Counted from the stretch's first letter, positions 49,931 to 61,984 are shown. The stretch: 64,000 nt of DNA from Camelus dromedarius (GCF_036321535.1 NC_087436.1:114764001-114828000), one strand, 5' to 3'. A program made the numbers and translations. Notes: generated by a model not told the origin, from the letters alone.

Positions 49931-50819
49931 GAGAAAGCCCAGATTCTATGATTTTTGTGAGGCTTGACTATATTCTCCTCCTTCTTTTTTTTTTTTTTTT
50001 TCTTGATTGCTGTTCATCAAGGAGACTGGTAGCTGCTTGCTTGTTGCAATTCAATTTGGGGGATATTAGCAAATGAGAGTCATTTTACTTTCTGTAATAC
50101 CAGCTGTCAAAATTAATACCCCATGCCTCCCGCAAAACATAGCGGTACCTGTTCTCCTGACTTGATTTGCTTGCGCTCTGAGCTCTTCATCATCTCTTGA
50201 TTCCGGCTCCCTGCCCGAGGCCAGGTTCCTTGGGAAGGGGCTCAAATGCCCTTTCCTGCTTCCAGCATTAGCCTGACTCCCGCCTGTACTCACTCCGGGT
50301 CCTCACATAATAAATCACTTTAACCCGTTCCTAAAACAAGGTCAGATTGTACTGAGATTCTTAAAAAGAATCTAAAACTCTCTATTTAGGTGCAATTCTC
50401 ACGGTAAACCTTCTGGTCAAAGAAGGGACAGTAACAGGGTCTACGGAGGGAGGGAGGGGGCGGGGTGTGTGTTGGGGCCCAGTAGCTAAGGAGGGAGCGT
50501 GTCCTCTTGCTTTGGCCAAGGAATCTTTGCGACGTTTGAGTGGGCTTCCACGCCATAAACATCGGGGGGCATTTAACATATCAAACGCAAATAAAAATGA
50601 CATGCAGATGGCTCACTTCTGAGGAGCCTTGTGCAGTTTTGGGAATCCTCCATCCCTGTGGTTTTCCGAACTGTTATAAGGATATAGTCCTGATTAGGCT
50701 TCTCTATGGCACTGCCTTTCAGCCCCAAACCCTCTGGGCCCCGACCTGAGTCCTCAGGTCCTTTTTTTCTGATAGCAAACTCAAAGCCTGGCCCCAGGCT
50801 CAAGAGTCATTTAGGATTT

Positions 50820-51365
50820 TCTGTGGCGCAATTAAGCATGTGCAGCACACCACAGCCACCGAGACGCTGTTTATTCAGCGAAAGTGCTCTGTAATTTATT
50901 TAAAATAATCCATCTTTCACAAATAAAGGGGCCATTGACAGCCCCCCCTGCAGGCCTCTGCTGAAAGGTCTCTCCACGGTCTGTTTTGCTGGTCCCAGCT
51001 ACATACCTGACAAAGGTGATTCAAGCTTCTCCGTTTTTTCCATCCCTCCCCCCTGATTAATTCTCTCCCACTTTTTTTTTTTTAAATAAGATTTTACTAA
51101 ACCTGCTTGTTTTTTTTTACACCAATCATCAGACGAGTCTTCCCCCTCCCCATTTTTTTTAAGTAAAAAAAACACAAATTGGCCATTAAAAATGATTAAT
51201 GCCAGCCAATTTGATAATCGCCGAGCGGGAGGTGCCAGCCATTTTGGGATTTAGTGCAGCCTCGGAACCCGTTTCTTTATGGTCCTCAGCTAATGAGGAA
51301 TCACATTAGGCTTTTTACTGTATATGAATTGATTAGCTGAAAATGAGATTACGTCCATGGTGCAA
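50820..51365. promoter_or_regulatory. Candidate developmental enhancer with PBX-HOX and MEIS/PREP motifs
   Basis: TGACAG 50936-50941, TGACAA 51008-51013, TGATTAAT 51054-51061 and 51193-51200; repeat-free with retained CpGs. Confidence 0.45.
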
Positions 51366-51575
51366 CACCAGGGACAAAGAGCCCTTTCTTCTCAAACACT
51401 TCCCAGTGCCAGGAAGCTGCTTGAACTTGAAAATGTTTTTTTTTTATCCTGGTTTTCCAGGAAAATACTGGATGAGCCCAGGTATGGCCTCTGCTGAAAT
51501 AAGCTTATCTATAAAAATCTCCAAAAACACAAACAAACAAGAATACAACAACAATGAGGACTTGCATTTGGGGTT

Positions 51576-52076
51576 TGTCGATGGAAATAAATGCGCAGCC
51601 TAAAAGTTGAGAGTTATGTTTTATTTGGCGGACATTTCTGAAGACTCGAACCCCTTCAAGCCCGGGATGACAGCCTCCTAGATGGCTCTGAAGGACTGCT
51701 CCGAAGAGGTAGGGGAGGAGCTAGGATATATAGGAGTTTCACAACGAAGAGCAGGTAGTTGGAACATTTAAAGTTTACTAGTTAACTAAAGAAAACCAGG
51801 CATCTCAAGAAGTTAAAGAATTTAGTGCTTTTCTATGTATGGGAGGAAGCAAACATTTGGGCTCATTGAATTCTCTCCTTTGACAAGCATCTAGCTATCT
51901 GGGACCAGTCTCTTGTCCTTTCTTATTCTGAGTCCCCTCAGAGTGCACCACCGTGAGTGGCTGCAGAGGCCGGGCTGCAGGCTTGTCTTCACTGGGGGGT
52001 GGCGGCAGCCACTGAAGACTTGATGGCTTCAGCAGTCTTTGTTTACTGATTTGGTTTGCAGTATTTTTCATTCACT
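51576..52076 (-). mobile_element. MER41-like ERV1 solo LTR
   Basis: About 500 bp; begins TG and ends cact (terminal CA mutated); 4-bp TSD ggtt (51572-51575 and 52077-52080). Minus-strand TATA (about 51727-51732) and AATAAA (about 51620). aaagaaaaccagg...gaatttagtgcttttctatgtatggga block is typical of MER41-like LTRs. Confidence 0.8.
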
Positions 52077-52119
52077 GGTTATAAGTTTGACTGATTCCAA
52101 GGAAGCAGGAAAAGGTGGA

Positions 52120-52340
52120 AAGGACCCAGGGCTTCTGAGTTAAATGTGTCTGGGTGGGGAGCTGGTCTCTGCCACTCATTTGCTCTGTGACTTGAGGGCA
52201 ACCACTTAACCTCTCTGAGCTTTATTTTTCTTATCTGTACAATGGGATAATAACACATACTTTATAGGGTTATTAGGATTAAATGAGGTAATATATATAC
52301 AATATGTAGCACAGAGCCAGCAACATAGTAGGCTTTTTGA
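52120..52340 (+). mobile_element. MIR SINE
   Basis: ggcaaccacttaacctctctgagc...atctgtacaatgggataataac...ggattaaatgag. Confidence 0.85.
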
Positions 52341-52349
52341 AATATATTT

Positions 52350-52468
52350 TTTCCTTTCTTCCCCTCCCTTCCCCTCCCTTCCCCTCCCTCCCTTCCCCCT
52401 CTTCCCTCCCTCCTTCTTTCCTTCCTCCTTCCCTCCCTCCCTTCCTCCCTCCCTTCCTTCCTTCCTTC
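52350..52468. repeat. Pure polypyrimidine (CCCT/CCTT)n tract
   Basis: About 120 nt containing only C and T. Confidence 0.9.
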
Positions 52469-52636
52469 TGTCTAAATAAATAGTAGTTATTAAAGTTGCT
52501 TATTAAGCTTGCTTACTTAGAAAGGAAACAGCACCTGGAGCTGATGGTGACTGTGCCAGCATTCCATCCTGGCATCTAGCAGGAAATAACCATCTAGCAA
52601 CCTGGCTGAGACAAGACAGACTCTGTAGTTATATTG

Positions 52637-52875
52637 CAGAGATTGGCAAACTTTGCAGGGAGGCAGTGGGGGGCACTCCCTGCCTGTATTTGTATGGTCC
52701 AAGAGCTAAGAATATTTTTTTACATTTTTAGATGGTGGAAAAAAAAATCAAAAGCAGTGGACTTTTTCAAAGATGAAATACATCACATACCATTACAGAT
52801 CAGCAGGCACAGACGAACATTTGCAATCGATTTTGATGGAGCAGGGCTAGAATTCTGATCTGATCCATTAAGCAC
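52637..52875 (+). mobile_element. MER58/Cheshire-like hAT fragment
   Basis: cagagattggcaaact terminus; gagctaagaatatttttttacatttttagatgg...aaaaaaatcaaaag. Confidence 0.7.
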
Positions 52876-53899
52876 GCAAGCCACAGATCAGTCACGTAGT
52901 GGAGATCAGTGGTCCTAGTCTGAGTCGGGGCTGCCTGTGTGTGCTCCCCCACCTCTTTCCTGCCCTCTTTCGGCCTCCCCACTTCCAATACCATCTTTTT
53001 GGAAGTAGGTCCTCCCCACCTTCTCAGATTCCAGCCCTGGACATTTAGACAGAAGGAAGGAAGGGAGGGAGGGAGGAAAGGAGGAAGGAAAGTGCTATGA
53101 AAGATCTCGGGATAAGGAGATGCACAAAGGAGTTTGCTGTCCTACCTCTAACACCTTCTCTCTGGGAGATTTTGGGCAGCTCCGTGCACCCAAGTCAGCC
53201 TCTGTGAACTCTTTCCTGAAATTGTGATAATCATCGTGCAAGACAATGCTGGTTTTCCTCAGGACCCCCCCCCCCACTGCTTCTTTTTGCTTTAGACCCA
53301 TAGCTAGACTCAAGTCCCAGAAGACCCCTAGAGATGAGGTACAAAGTGTGACCCATAAGGAGGTGTGTTACACATCCAAAGAACTACTTGACTTTTCTAA
53401 TTTATGCAGACGTAAGTGTGGGGCCACGTGTGAGAATGGATATTAAGGCTGTGGGATAAAGGTAGCAGGACCATAAAGTCGAATCAGGCTGAGCTAACTG
53501 ATGTGGGCTCTCGAAGCACAGGTCGTGCACGTAATGCTGTGGCTCAGGGAGCTAGAAAGAGCTCAAACAGTTCATTTGGTTGATTGGCTGAAACATGGAC
53601 ATGAAAAATGTGGCCTATGGTGGGAAAATGAGAAATGCTGGCCCTTCTATGGTTTAATGTATCTGAAGCGGTTCAGAGACTTAGGGACAGTGTGTGTTAG
53701 AGTGGATTTGTTATTTAAGGCCTACTCAGCCACACTTGGAGGGTGCAGAAGACATGGCTCTGACTGATACTTTGAACATAGATTTATGAGGGGGGCCCTG
53801 GTGTCCTTACAGAGCTCTGTGACCACTCTTCTCTGTAGACCAGACCTTGCAGTGGGGACAGTAGTTGCTGAATTGGGAAATCTAACTGCTGTCGGGGTA

Positions 53900-54123
53900 C
53901 AGTTGTCCCTCAGTATCCACAGGGGGGTGCTTCCAGGGCCAACCAGGCATCCCCAAAAATCTGAGGATGCTCAAGACCCATACTTGGCCCTCTGTATTGG
54001 CAGCTCCTCATCCTTGGATTCAACCAACCACAGATCACGTAGTATTGTATTTATTGAAAGAATAAAAAGTCACATATAAGTGAGCCTGTGTAGTTCAAAC
54101 CTGTGTTGTTCAAAGGTTGACTA
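53900..54123 (+). mobile_element. MER8/Tigger-type MITE nested in ERV-L gag
   Basis: cagttgtccctcagtatcc...gttcaaacctgtgttgttcaaaggttgacta; flanked by a TA duplication (53898-53899 and 54124-54125). Confidence 0.85.
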
Positions 54124-54964
54124 TAGTTGGATCCTGGAGTGATGGGCCGAGCGATGGTGTTCAGCCACAGAAGTCAAGGTGGGCATGGTAACTGTCATGG
54201 ACAACAGGGTCAAAGCAGCGATTGGAATAGCCTGACTCACAGAGCTCTCTGGTGTTGGCTGACTGATCACAGTGTGACTAGAAGTGAGATACACAGGAAG
54301 CTTACCAATTCTCACTGATCTGTATAAGCAGAAAAGTTCTAGGCCCCAGGTGACCAAAACTCTAACTTGAATCATAAAGACGTAAAGTCATGACCCTTCA
54401 GTCAATTTCCAGGTTTGAGCCAGTTTACAGACCCAGAACAACTTGAATGAAGGGGAGACTGGTTCCCCTTGAGGAAGGACCCCAGCACTCTGCCATAGAT
54501 TTATACTGTTAATCTTCCTCCCGGGCTTCCCCAAATGGACCTGCCACCTTTCACCAGGGCAACTGCATTGGGGAAAAGGACGTAATCAGGACTTTCAGGA
54601 GCTACTGGATACTGGCCTGGAACTGTCACCTCTGTCTACCAGTCAGAGTAGCAGTTTATGGAGATCAGGGGATGAGTGGAATTGTAGGTCAGGCCCACCT
54701 CACAGTGGGATCAGTGATCCCTAAGCCCACCCTGTGCTTATTTCCCCTGTTCTGGATGAAGAATTAGAATAGGTAGTTATACAGTCGACAGCTGGCAGAA
54801 TCCCCACACTGATTTCCTGACCTGTGGAATGAGGGCTGTTCCAGTGGGATGCAGAGGCTGTTCGAACTGCATGGATCTAGGAAAACAGCAAACCAAAAAC
54901 AAGAGCAAATTCCTGGAGGTATTACAGGGATTAGTGACACCATCAAAGATTAGGATGAGGCAGC

Positions 54965-55426
54965 GTGGTGATTTCCACTGAATCCCCACTCAGCGCATCT
55001 ACTTGGCCTGCACAGAGGACAGGTGGGTCTTGGGGAGTGACAGTGGATTATAGTAAGCCCAGCCAGGTGGTGACTCCAGCTGCCGCTGCTGTACCAGATG
55101 TGGTTTCTTTGCTTGAGCAAATTAACACATCCCCTGGTGTCTGGTATGTAGTGATTGATCTGGCAAATCACTTTTACTGTTTGATACCTATTGGTGCAGA
55201 CCACCAAAAGCAGTTTCTTCCAGTTAACAAGCCCAGCAATAAATACACTGTTGCTGTGCTACCTCAGGGGCATGTCAACTCTCCAGCTCTGGGTCATAAT
55301 TTAGTTTTTAGGGCTCTTTTTTTCCTTGCCCCCGGGGCTCTTGATCACCTTTCCCTTCCACAGGGTATCACAGTGACCCCTTACACTGATGGCATTGTGA
55401 ACAGGAGGCAGCAACTACTCTGGTAA
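54965..55426 (+). pseudogene. ERV-L reverse transcriptase remnant (catalytic YIDD degraded to YTDG)
   Basis: 153-aa open segment matching ERV-L RT motifs; stops and frameshifts in the flanking pol. Confidence 0.85.
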
Positions 55427-57779
55427 CTGGTAAGACATTTGCATGTCAGAGGGTGGGAAATGAACACAACAGAAATTCAAGAGCCTTCTATGTCAGTGAA
55501 ATTTCTACATGTCTAGTGATGTGGGGGCCAAGATATCCCTTCTAAACTGAAGGAAAGTTGTTGCATCTGGTTCTTCCTACAACTGAAAAAGGGACACAGT
55601 GCTTCATAAGTCTCTGGAGTTTGGAAGCAACACATGACTCATTTGGGTGTGTTACTCTGGCCCATTACCGAGTGACTTGAACGGCTGCTGGTTCTGAGTG
55701 GGGCTCAGGACAAGAGAAGGTTCTTCAACAGGTCCAGACGGCTGTGCTCTGCTGTTTGGGTCCTGAAATCTAGCCATTCTGACAGTAGCCGACTGCAGTG
55801 CTGTTGGGAGCCTTTGGCAGCCCCTGCAGGTGAATCACAGCACAGACGCTAGGCTTTTAGAGCAGAGCCCTGCCACCCTCCACAGTAACCATGGTCCACT
55901 GGAGAGACAGCTCTTGGCTTATACTGGGCCTTACCAGACTGAATGCTTAGCCATGTACCACCAAGTCACCATGTGACTTGAGCTGCCCTTTGTAAACTGA
56001 GTGTTCTCTGACCCACCAAACCGTGAAGCTGGGTGTGCAGAGATGACACCCCTTCATCAAGTGGAAGTAGCATGAATATGACCGGCCCTCAGCAGTCCCG
56101 CTTGAGGCGTGGTAAGTTTCAAGAAGTGACCAAATGCCCATGGTCCCCACTCCTGCCAAACTGCCCTCCCTCTCCCAGTCTGCACCCTTGGCCTCATGGG
56201 GATTTCCTTGTAATCAGCTGGACAGAGGAAGAGAAGAGTCTTCCCTTGGTTTACAGATAGCCCTGTATGCTGGGCAGGTGCCTGGAAGTGCACGGATGCA
56301 GTGCCACACCCCTTTCTGGGACATCCCTGAGGGACACTGCTGAAGGGAAAGCCTCTCAGTGGACAGAACTTTGAGCAGTGCTTCTGGTTATTCACTTTCT
56401 TGGAAGGAGAAATGGCCAGATGGCCTATTAGATATGGATTCATGGGTTGTAGCCAGTGGTTTGGCTGGTTGGTCAGGGACTTGGAAGGCACATGATTGGA
56501 GAATTGGTGACAAGGAAATCTGAGGAAGAGATATGTGGATAGACCTCTCTGAACAGGCAAAAAATGTGAAGGTATCTGTGTCCCATGTGACTGCTCACCA
56601 AAGGTTGACCTCAGTAGAGGAAGGTTTTAATAATCAAGTGGATAAAATGACCCACTCAGTGGATACTAGTCAGTCTCTGTCCCCAGGCACCCCATCATCT
56701 CCCAGTGGCTCATGAGCAAAGTGGCCATGGTGGCAGAGATAGAAGTTGTGCATGGGCTCAGTAACATGGACTTCTACTCACCAAGGCTGACCTGGCTATG
56801 CTCACCACTGAGAGCCCCATCTGTCAACAGCAGACACCAACACGGAGTTACCAATATGGCACCAGTCCCCCAGATGATCAGCTAGCTACCAGGTAGCAGA
56901 CTGATTACATTAGACCGATTCCATCATGGAAGAGGCAGCATTTTGTTCTTTCGGGAATAGACATTTACTCTGGATATGGGTTTGCTTCCTCTGCACTCAG
57001 TGCTTCTGCCAGAAATACCATCTTTGGATTTATAGGATGCCTTCTTCACCATCAGAGCATTCCACACAGCTTTACTTCTGATCAAGGAACTCACTTCACA
57101 GCAAAAGAAATGGGGCAGTAGGCCCCTGTTCATGGACTTCAGTGGTCTTACCGTGTGATTCACCACCATCCTGGAGCAGCTGGTTTGATAGAATGGTGGA
57201 ATGACCTTCTGAGCATACAGTTACAGTGCTAGTTAGGTGGTGATACCTTTTAGGGCTGGGGAGGATTCTCCAGAGGGATGTATGTGCGCTGAATCAGAGT
57301 CAAGTATAGGGTGCAGTTTCTCCCATAGCCAGAAATCACGGGTCCAGGAATCAAGGTGTGGAAATGGGGGTGGCACCACTCACTACTACCCCTAGTGACC
57401 CATTAGCAAAATTACTGCTTACTGTTCCCATGACCTTGCGCTCTGCTAGACTAGCAGTCTTAGTCTCAGGGAGAGGAACACTTCCACCCAGAGGCACACC
57501 CATGATTCCACTGAAATGGAGGTTAAAATCGCCACCCAGCCACTTTGGGCTTCTTATGATTCTGAATCAGCAGCACAAAAGGAAGTTCTTATGCTGCCTA
57601 GGGGACTGATTGATCCTCATTACCAGGGGGAAATTGGATGACTACACAGTGCAGGTAAAGGAGGGTATGTCTGGACTGTGGGAGATCCCTTAGGGCGTTT
57701 CTTAGCACTACTGTGCCCTGAGATTGAGGTCCGTGGAACTTTATAACAATTCAGGCAGGACTTCTAGAGGCCAAGATCA

Positions 57780-57906
57780 TTTTTTGGTGAAGAGGGGGAG
57801 ATGTAAGTAGGTTTATTTATTTAATTTTTTAAAGGAGGTGCTGGGGATTGAACTGAGGACCTCGTGCATGCTAAGCATGCACTCTACCACTGAGCTACAC
57901 CCTCCC
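57780..57906 (-). mobile_element. Vic-1-like SINE nested in ERV-L
   Basis: ggggattgaactgaggacctcgtgcatgctaagcatgcactctaccactgagctacaccctccc plus extended tail. Confidence 0.9.
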
Positions 57907-58415
57907 GCCTTAAAGGCTGAGGGTTTTCAGGAATGAAGGTTTGGGTCACTCCACCAGGTAAAGAACCATGACCCCTGAGGTGCTTCCTGAGGGCAAAGGA
58001 AATACAGAACTGGTGGTGGAGGAAAGTAGTTCTAAATACAACCACGCCCGCATGACCCATTACGGAAATGAAGCCTGTGATTGCCATGAGTATTTCCTCC
58101 TTATTTGGTTATAATTTATCTATATGTCAAATACCTTTATTTTCTCTCTCATGTCACATAAAGTGTATTGACTTTATATCATAGTATTTATTGTTCATTT
58201 TAACTCATAGTATTTAAGTTTCAAGAAATCAATGAGAAAATGAAATACCACTCGAGGGCTTTACCTCTTTTTGTGGGGAGAAGATTAACCCACTTCCAGT
58301 TGATGGCAGGATAGCTGTATCATGTTAGAATTATGGCCTTCTTAGTGTCTTTATTTGGAGATTAAATATGGTTTAAGGAGACACGTACAGGTGCCAAGTT
58401 GACAAGGGGTGGACC

Positions 58416-59020
58416 TGTGATACTTAGTTTTTTGTGTCGAGTGGACTACTGGGTGCTCCAGTATTTGGTTAAACATTATTCTGGGTATGTCTGTGAGGAT
58501 ATTTCTGGGTAACACTGGACTTGGCAGGTTGAGTATGCCCTCTCCAGTGTGGGTGGACCTCATTCAATTCAGTGAAGGACTGAATTGAATAAAAAGCTGA
58601 ATGAGAAAGAATTCTCTCTCTCGGCCTGTCTGTCTTTGAGTTGGGACTTTAGTTTTCTCCAGCGTTTGGACTTGGACATGACTGGAACTACACCACTGGG
58701 CCTCCGGGTCTGGGCTTCTCAGCCTCCACAGTCCTGTGAGCCGATTCTTTGTGATAAGCTTCTCCCTCTCTCCCTCTTTCCTTCCTTCCTTCCTTCCTTC
58801 CTTCCTTCCTTCCTTCCTTCCTTCCTTCCTTCCTTCCTTCCTTTCTTCCTTCCTTCCTTCCCTCCTTTCTTTTCTTCTTTCCTTTCCTTTCCTTCCATCC
58901 TTCCTTCATCTATATCCTGTCTCCCTCTCTCTCTCTATATTTGTGTCTAATTTATCTATATATTCTATGCACATATGTATCCCATTTGTTTTGTTTCTCT
59001 GGAGAACTCTGACTAATAGA
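58416..59020 (+). mobile_element. MLT2-type 3' LTR of the ERV-L
   Basis: Starts tgtgat just after the PPT; tttggttaaacattattctggg; ends gtttctctggagaactctgactaataga. Confidence 0.9.
58778..58906. repeat. (TTCC)n microsatellite inside the MLT2 LTR
   Basis: Long perfect TTCC run followed by degenerate units. Confidence 0.95.
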
Positions 59021-59439
59021 GACGTTATGCTAGGTGTTGGAGATACATGTGAAACCAAACATAGCCTCTGGTCTCAAGGAACTTGTCTACTAAAGGAGAA
59101 GAGTGTGCAAGCAAGTTAGAGCAAGATGGTGTTGTAGTGAGCAGCACTGTAATTCAGGAAAACAGAGGTCAGGGTGGAAGGAAGGATCTCTGGCCGTCAC
59201 TAAAAATCAGGGAGACTCATAGCAAGAATCCATAATCCTAGCTCTGCCTCTCCCTCCTTCACCACAGCAAGTAACCGAAACACCCTGTTTTAAATACCAC
59301 TGTTTTTTCTTCTTCAAGGTTCTCATTGAAATTCTCTTCAGTTTGTGTTGGATCCAATATTACGATTTTCCTAAGACTCCTCACTCCTTAGGACTTGAGT
59401 GAACTTTTATGCAGCAGTAATAAAAATAATTACAATAAT

Positions 59440-59600
59440 AAGTTTGATAGGCAGCAATGAGGTAGGTACTATTTTATCTTTATTTTGCAGGTGAGGGAAT
59501 TAAGTTCAGAGAGCTTAAGTGACTTGCCTAAGGTCACACAGCTAGTATGCATAAGCAGAACTGAAATCCGGGTCAGTTTGACTTTGCAACCACTGTGCTC
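59440..59600 (-). mobile_element. MIR SINE
   Basis: atgaggtaggtactatt...attttgcaggtgaggg...aagtgacttgcctaaggtcacacagctagta. Confidence 0.85.
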
Positions 59601-60304
59601 AAGGTGTATACATTTAGACATTTCCATTTTCTTCCAAGATATTCTCATTTCACTGTTCTTGGGACTTACGCATTTCAAAATGTGAGTCAGGAAATACTGC
59701 TTCTTGTTCAGAGCCATCCAGTGGCTTCCAGTCACACTTGAGTAAAATCCTAAATCCTTACCATGGCCTACAAGGCCTTAGGGGATTGTTTCCTGCTCGC
59801 TTATTTTTAATCTCTCATTCACCTGTTTTCCTTTCGTTTACTCTGCCTCAGCCCCCTGCCCTTATCTTAAATTTCGACCCACAGAATCTGTGAGCGTAGT
59901 AAAAGCCAACCCACAACTTGAAAAAGGGACAACAGAGCTGACTCTCATACCCAAGAGTGGGAGAGGTACGGCTTTGTTTTTGGAGCCCTTGAATTCTTTT
60001 TTTTTTTAATGCAACATCATCAGTGTCTTTAGATTTTATTATCAGCCTTCTCCACCAATGAGGTCCGTAAAAGTGGGGATCAAACAAAGTATTGTTTGTT
60101 AATACATATCAACAATATAGATAGATACATAGATAGATAAGTTACATCAGTATATACATATATAAAATAATATATATTTGTATATGTATTTATATTAAAA
60201 ATAGTGTGACTGTAAGTAAGTATAGATATATTTAGCATCTCAAATGCTACCTACCACATGGAATTGTTTGAATGCATGAATGATTTAACAAATTGACTCA
60301 GTGA

Positions 60305-61385
60305 CTTAAGTATCTTTTATATGCTGATGAATTGCAAGTTTACATCTCCAGTCCAAACATCTCCACAGACTCATGTCTCCAAGGGCTAGTTGACATCTTC
60401 ACTTGGTGGTCTAACAGGCATGTCAAACACAGCATCTCCAAAATCAGACTCCTGATCTTCTCCCTTTTCTCTGGCCCCCCTCCCAAACCTGCCCCTTCAG
60501 TGGCTTTTCCACTCTATTTTGTAGAAACTCCATTATTTTAGTTTACAAACCCAAGGATGCTCTGAGGCCGCAGTTTACAGCACTCAGTTTCTCTTCTCAA
60601 GCAGTTCATTAGCCGGTCATGTAGGCTCTCCTTTCAAACCATATCAGGGTCTGAGTCTCTCCCTGCATCCGCCATCACATCTCCTGGATTATCATAGTCT
60701 CCTAACTCACACCATCTTGCTTCCACGTATCTGTCCCTGTTCTCTTCTCAGTTTAGCAGCCGTCTAGAATCATGGTGAAGCGTAAATCAGAGTGTGGAAC
60801 GTCTCTGCTCTAAACCCTCTAACGAGGCCTGTTTCTTTCAAGATAACAAGAGCGCTTCCTAGGATGGCCTCTCTAGCCCTGCGTGGTCGGCTCCCATTCC
60901 CTCCGTGACCTCATCTTCTGCTCCTCCCCTCGTTCACTCTCTTTCAGCCTCTGGCCAGTTCACTGCTCCTGAAGCACATTAGATTCATCCCACCCAGGAC
61001 CGCTGGCTCTCACCACCACTGCTGCCCCCCGCCCCCACCCCCGTGCTGGAACACTGTTCCACCAGCACCCATAGCTACGCCCTGACCTTGTCTAACATTG
61101 TGCTCAAATATCCCCTTCTCAGTGAGATATTCCCGGCAGCTTAGTTAAAGTTGCGCCACCCTCCTGCCCTCTCCAGTCCCATTCCTTGCTTTCTTTAATG
61201 CCATCATCCTCCAGCAGGCTTACTTGGTTTGTTTTCTGTGCCCATCACTAGAATAGAAGCTCTGTGGGTCAGGGACTTCTGTCTGTTTTGTTCACTGCTC
61301 TATCTTCAATGCTGACAGCTCTAGAATAGAGAAAACATTCAATAAGTAGGCACTGGATAAATGGAAGGGCAAATGAGAGTGAATA
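60305..61385 (+). mobile_element. L2a-type fragment
   Basis: tatatgctgatga; gacatcttcacttggtggtctaacaggcatgtcaaac; gctcaaatatccccttctcagtgag; cactagaatagaagctc...cagggacttctgtctgttttgttcactgct. Confidence 0.85.
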
Positions 61386-61984
61386 AGCCCAAGATACCCC
61401 GCCGAGCCTATCACTGGTGCAGGGCTGCGTCAGTGATCTAAGGTGACCCTGTGATGTTGAAGAGGAAAACTTGCATTTGGGGCAACCAGCTGTCCCGCTC
61501 TTCCTTGGGGAAGTCCTGCTTTATGCCTGGTGTCCTGTTTTAACTGTTAATTAGTGGCCTTTTTCACGCTGACAGTGTCTTAAATGGCCACCTTGTTTAT
61601 ATTCCATGCTTATATTCCAAGGAGGCACGCTGCACCAGGTGCTACTGACGGCTGTCGTATGACCAAGAGGGAAGGTAGCCTGAGTGTGAAGTGATCGTAG
61701 TGGAGGGCAGACGGGGGGGGGGGGGGGAGGGAGGGAGATGCCCAGTGCCCCGCTCACGTGGTTGAGCCACTGAATCACCCAGATAATTTGCAAGCTTATC
61801 AGAAAGAGTTAGGCAGTTCAGCAGTTTAGCAGTTATTAGAAAGAGTGTATTTCCACATTGTTTAAGCCTGTTTCCATTTGGATGCCTGTTACTTGAGTTA
61901 GAATTTTCAGCTGATAACTCATCCTAATCTGCTATGGTAAACTGTCAGACTACTACAGGTAGCTCTAACTTCAAAGAAATTTCA

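Larger units (their letters stand above)
53200..58415 (+). mobile_element. Decayed ERV-L internal region (gag-pro-pol-dUTPase, no env), 5'-truncated
   Basis: gag RPIARLKSQK..EVQSVTHKEV.YTSKELL (about 53290-53400); RT VDY..VPDVVSLLEQINTS..IDLAN..LPQG.VNSPAL; RNase H region VSHVTAHQ; integrase GIDIYSGYGFA and SDQGTHFTA; dUTPase-like segment after IN (about 57400-57750); PPT aaggggtgga 58404-58413. Confidence 0.92.

Noticed and set aside
57907..57926. About 20 extra nt 5' of the nested SINE (possible 5' transduction)
   Set aside because: It aligns loosely, mostly by transitions, with the left flank ctagaggccaagatcatt, so a decayed TSD is the simpler explanation.
58585..59119. ORFs with PSFL / KEGR repeats
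   Set aside because: Translations of the (TTCC)n microsatellite.
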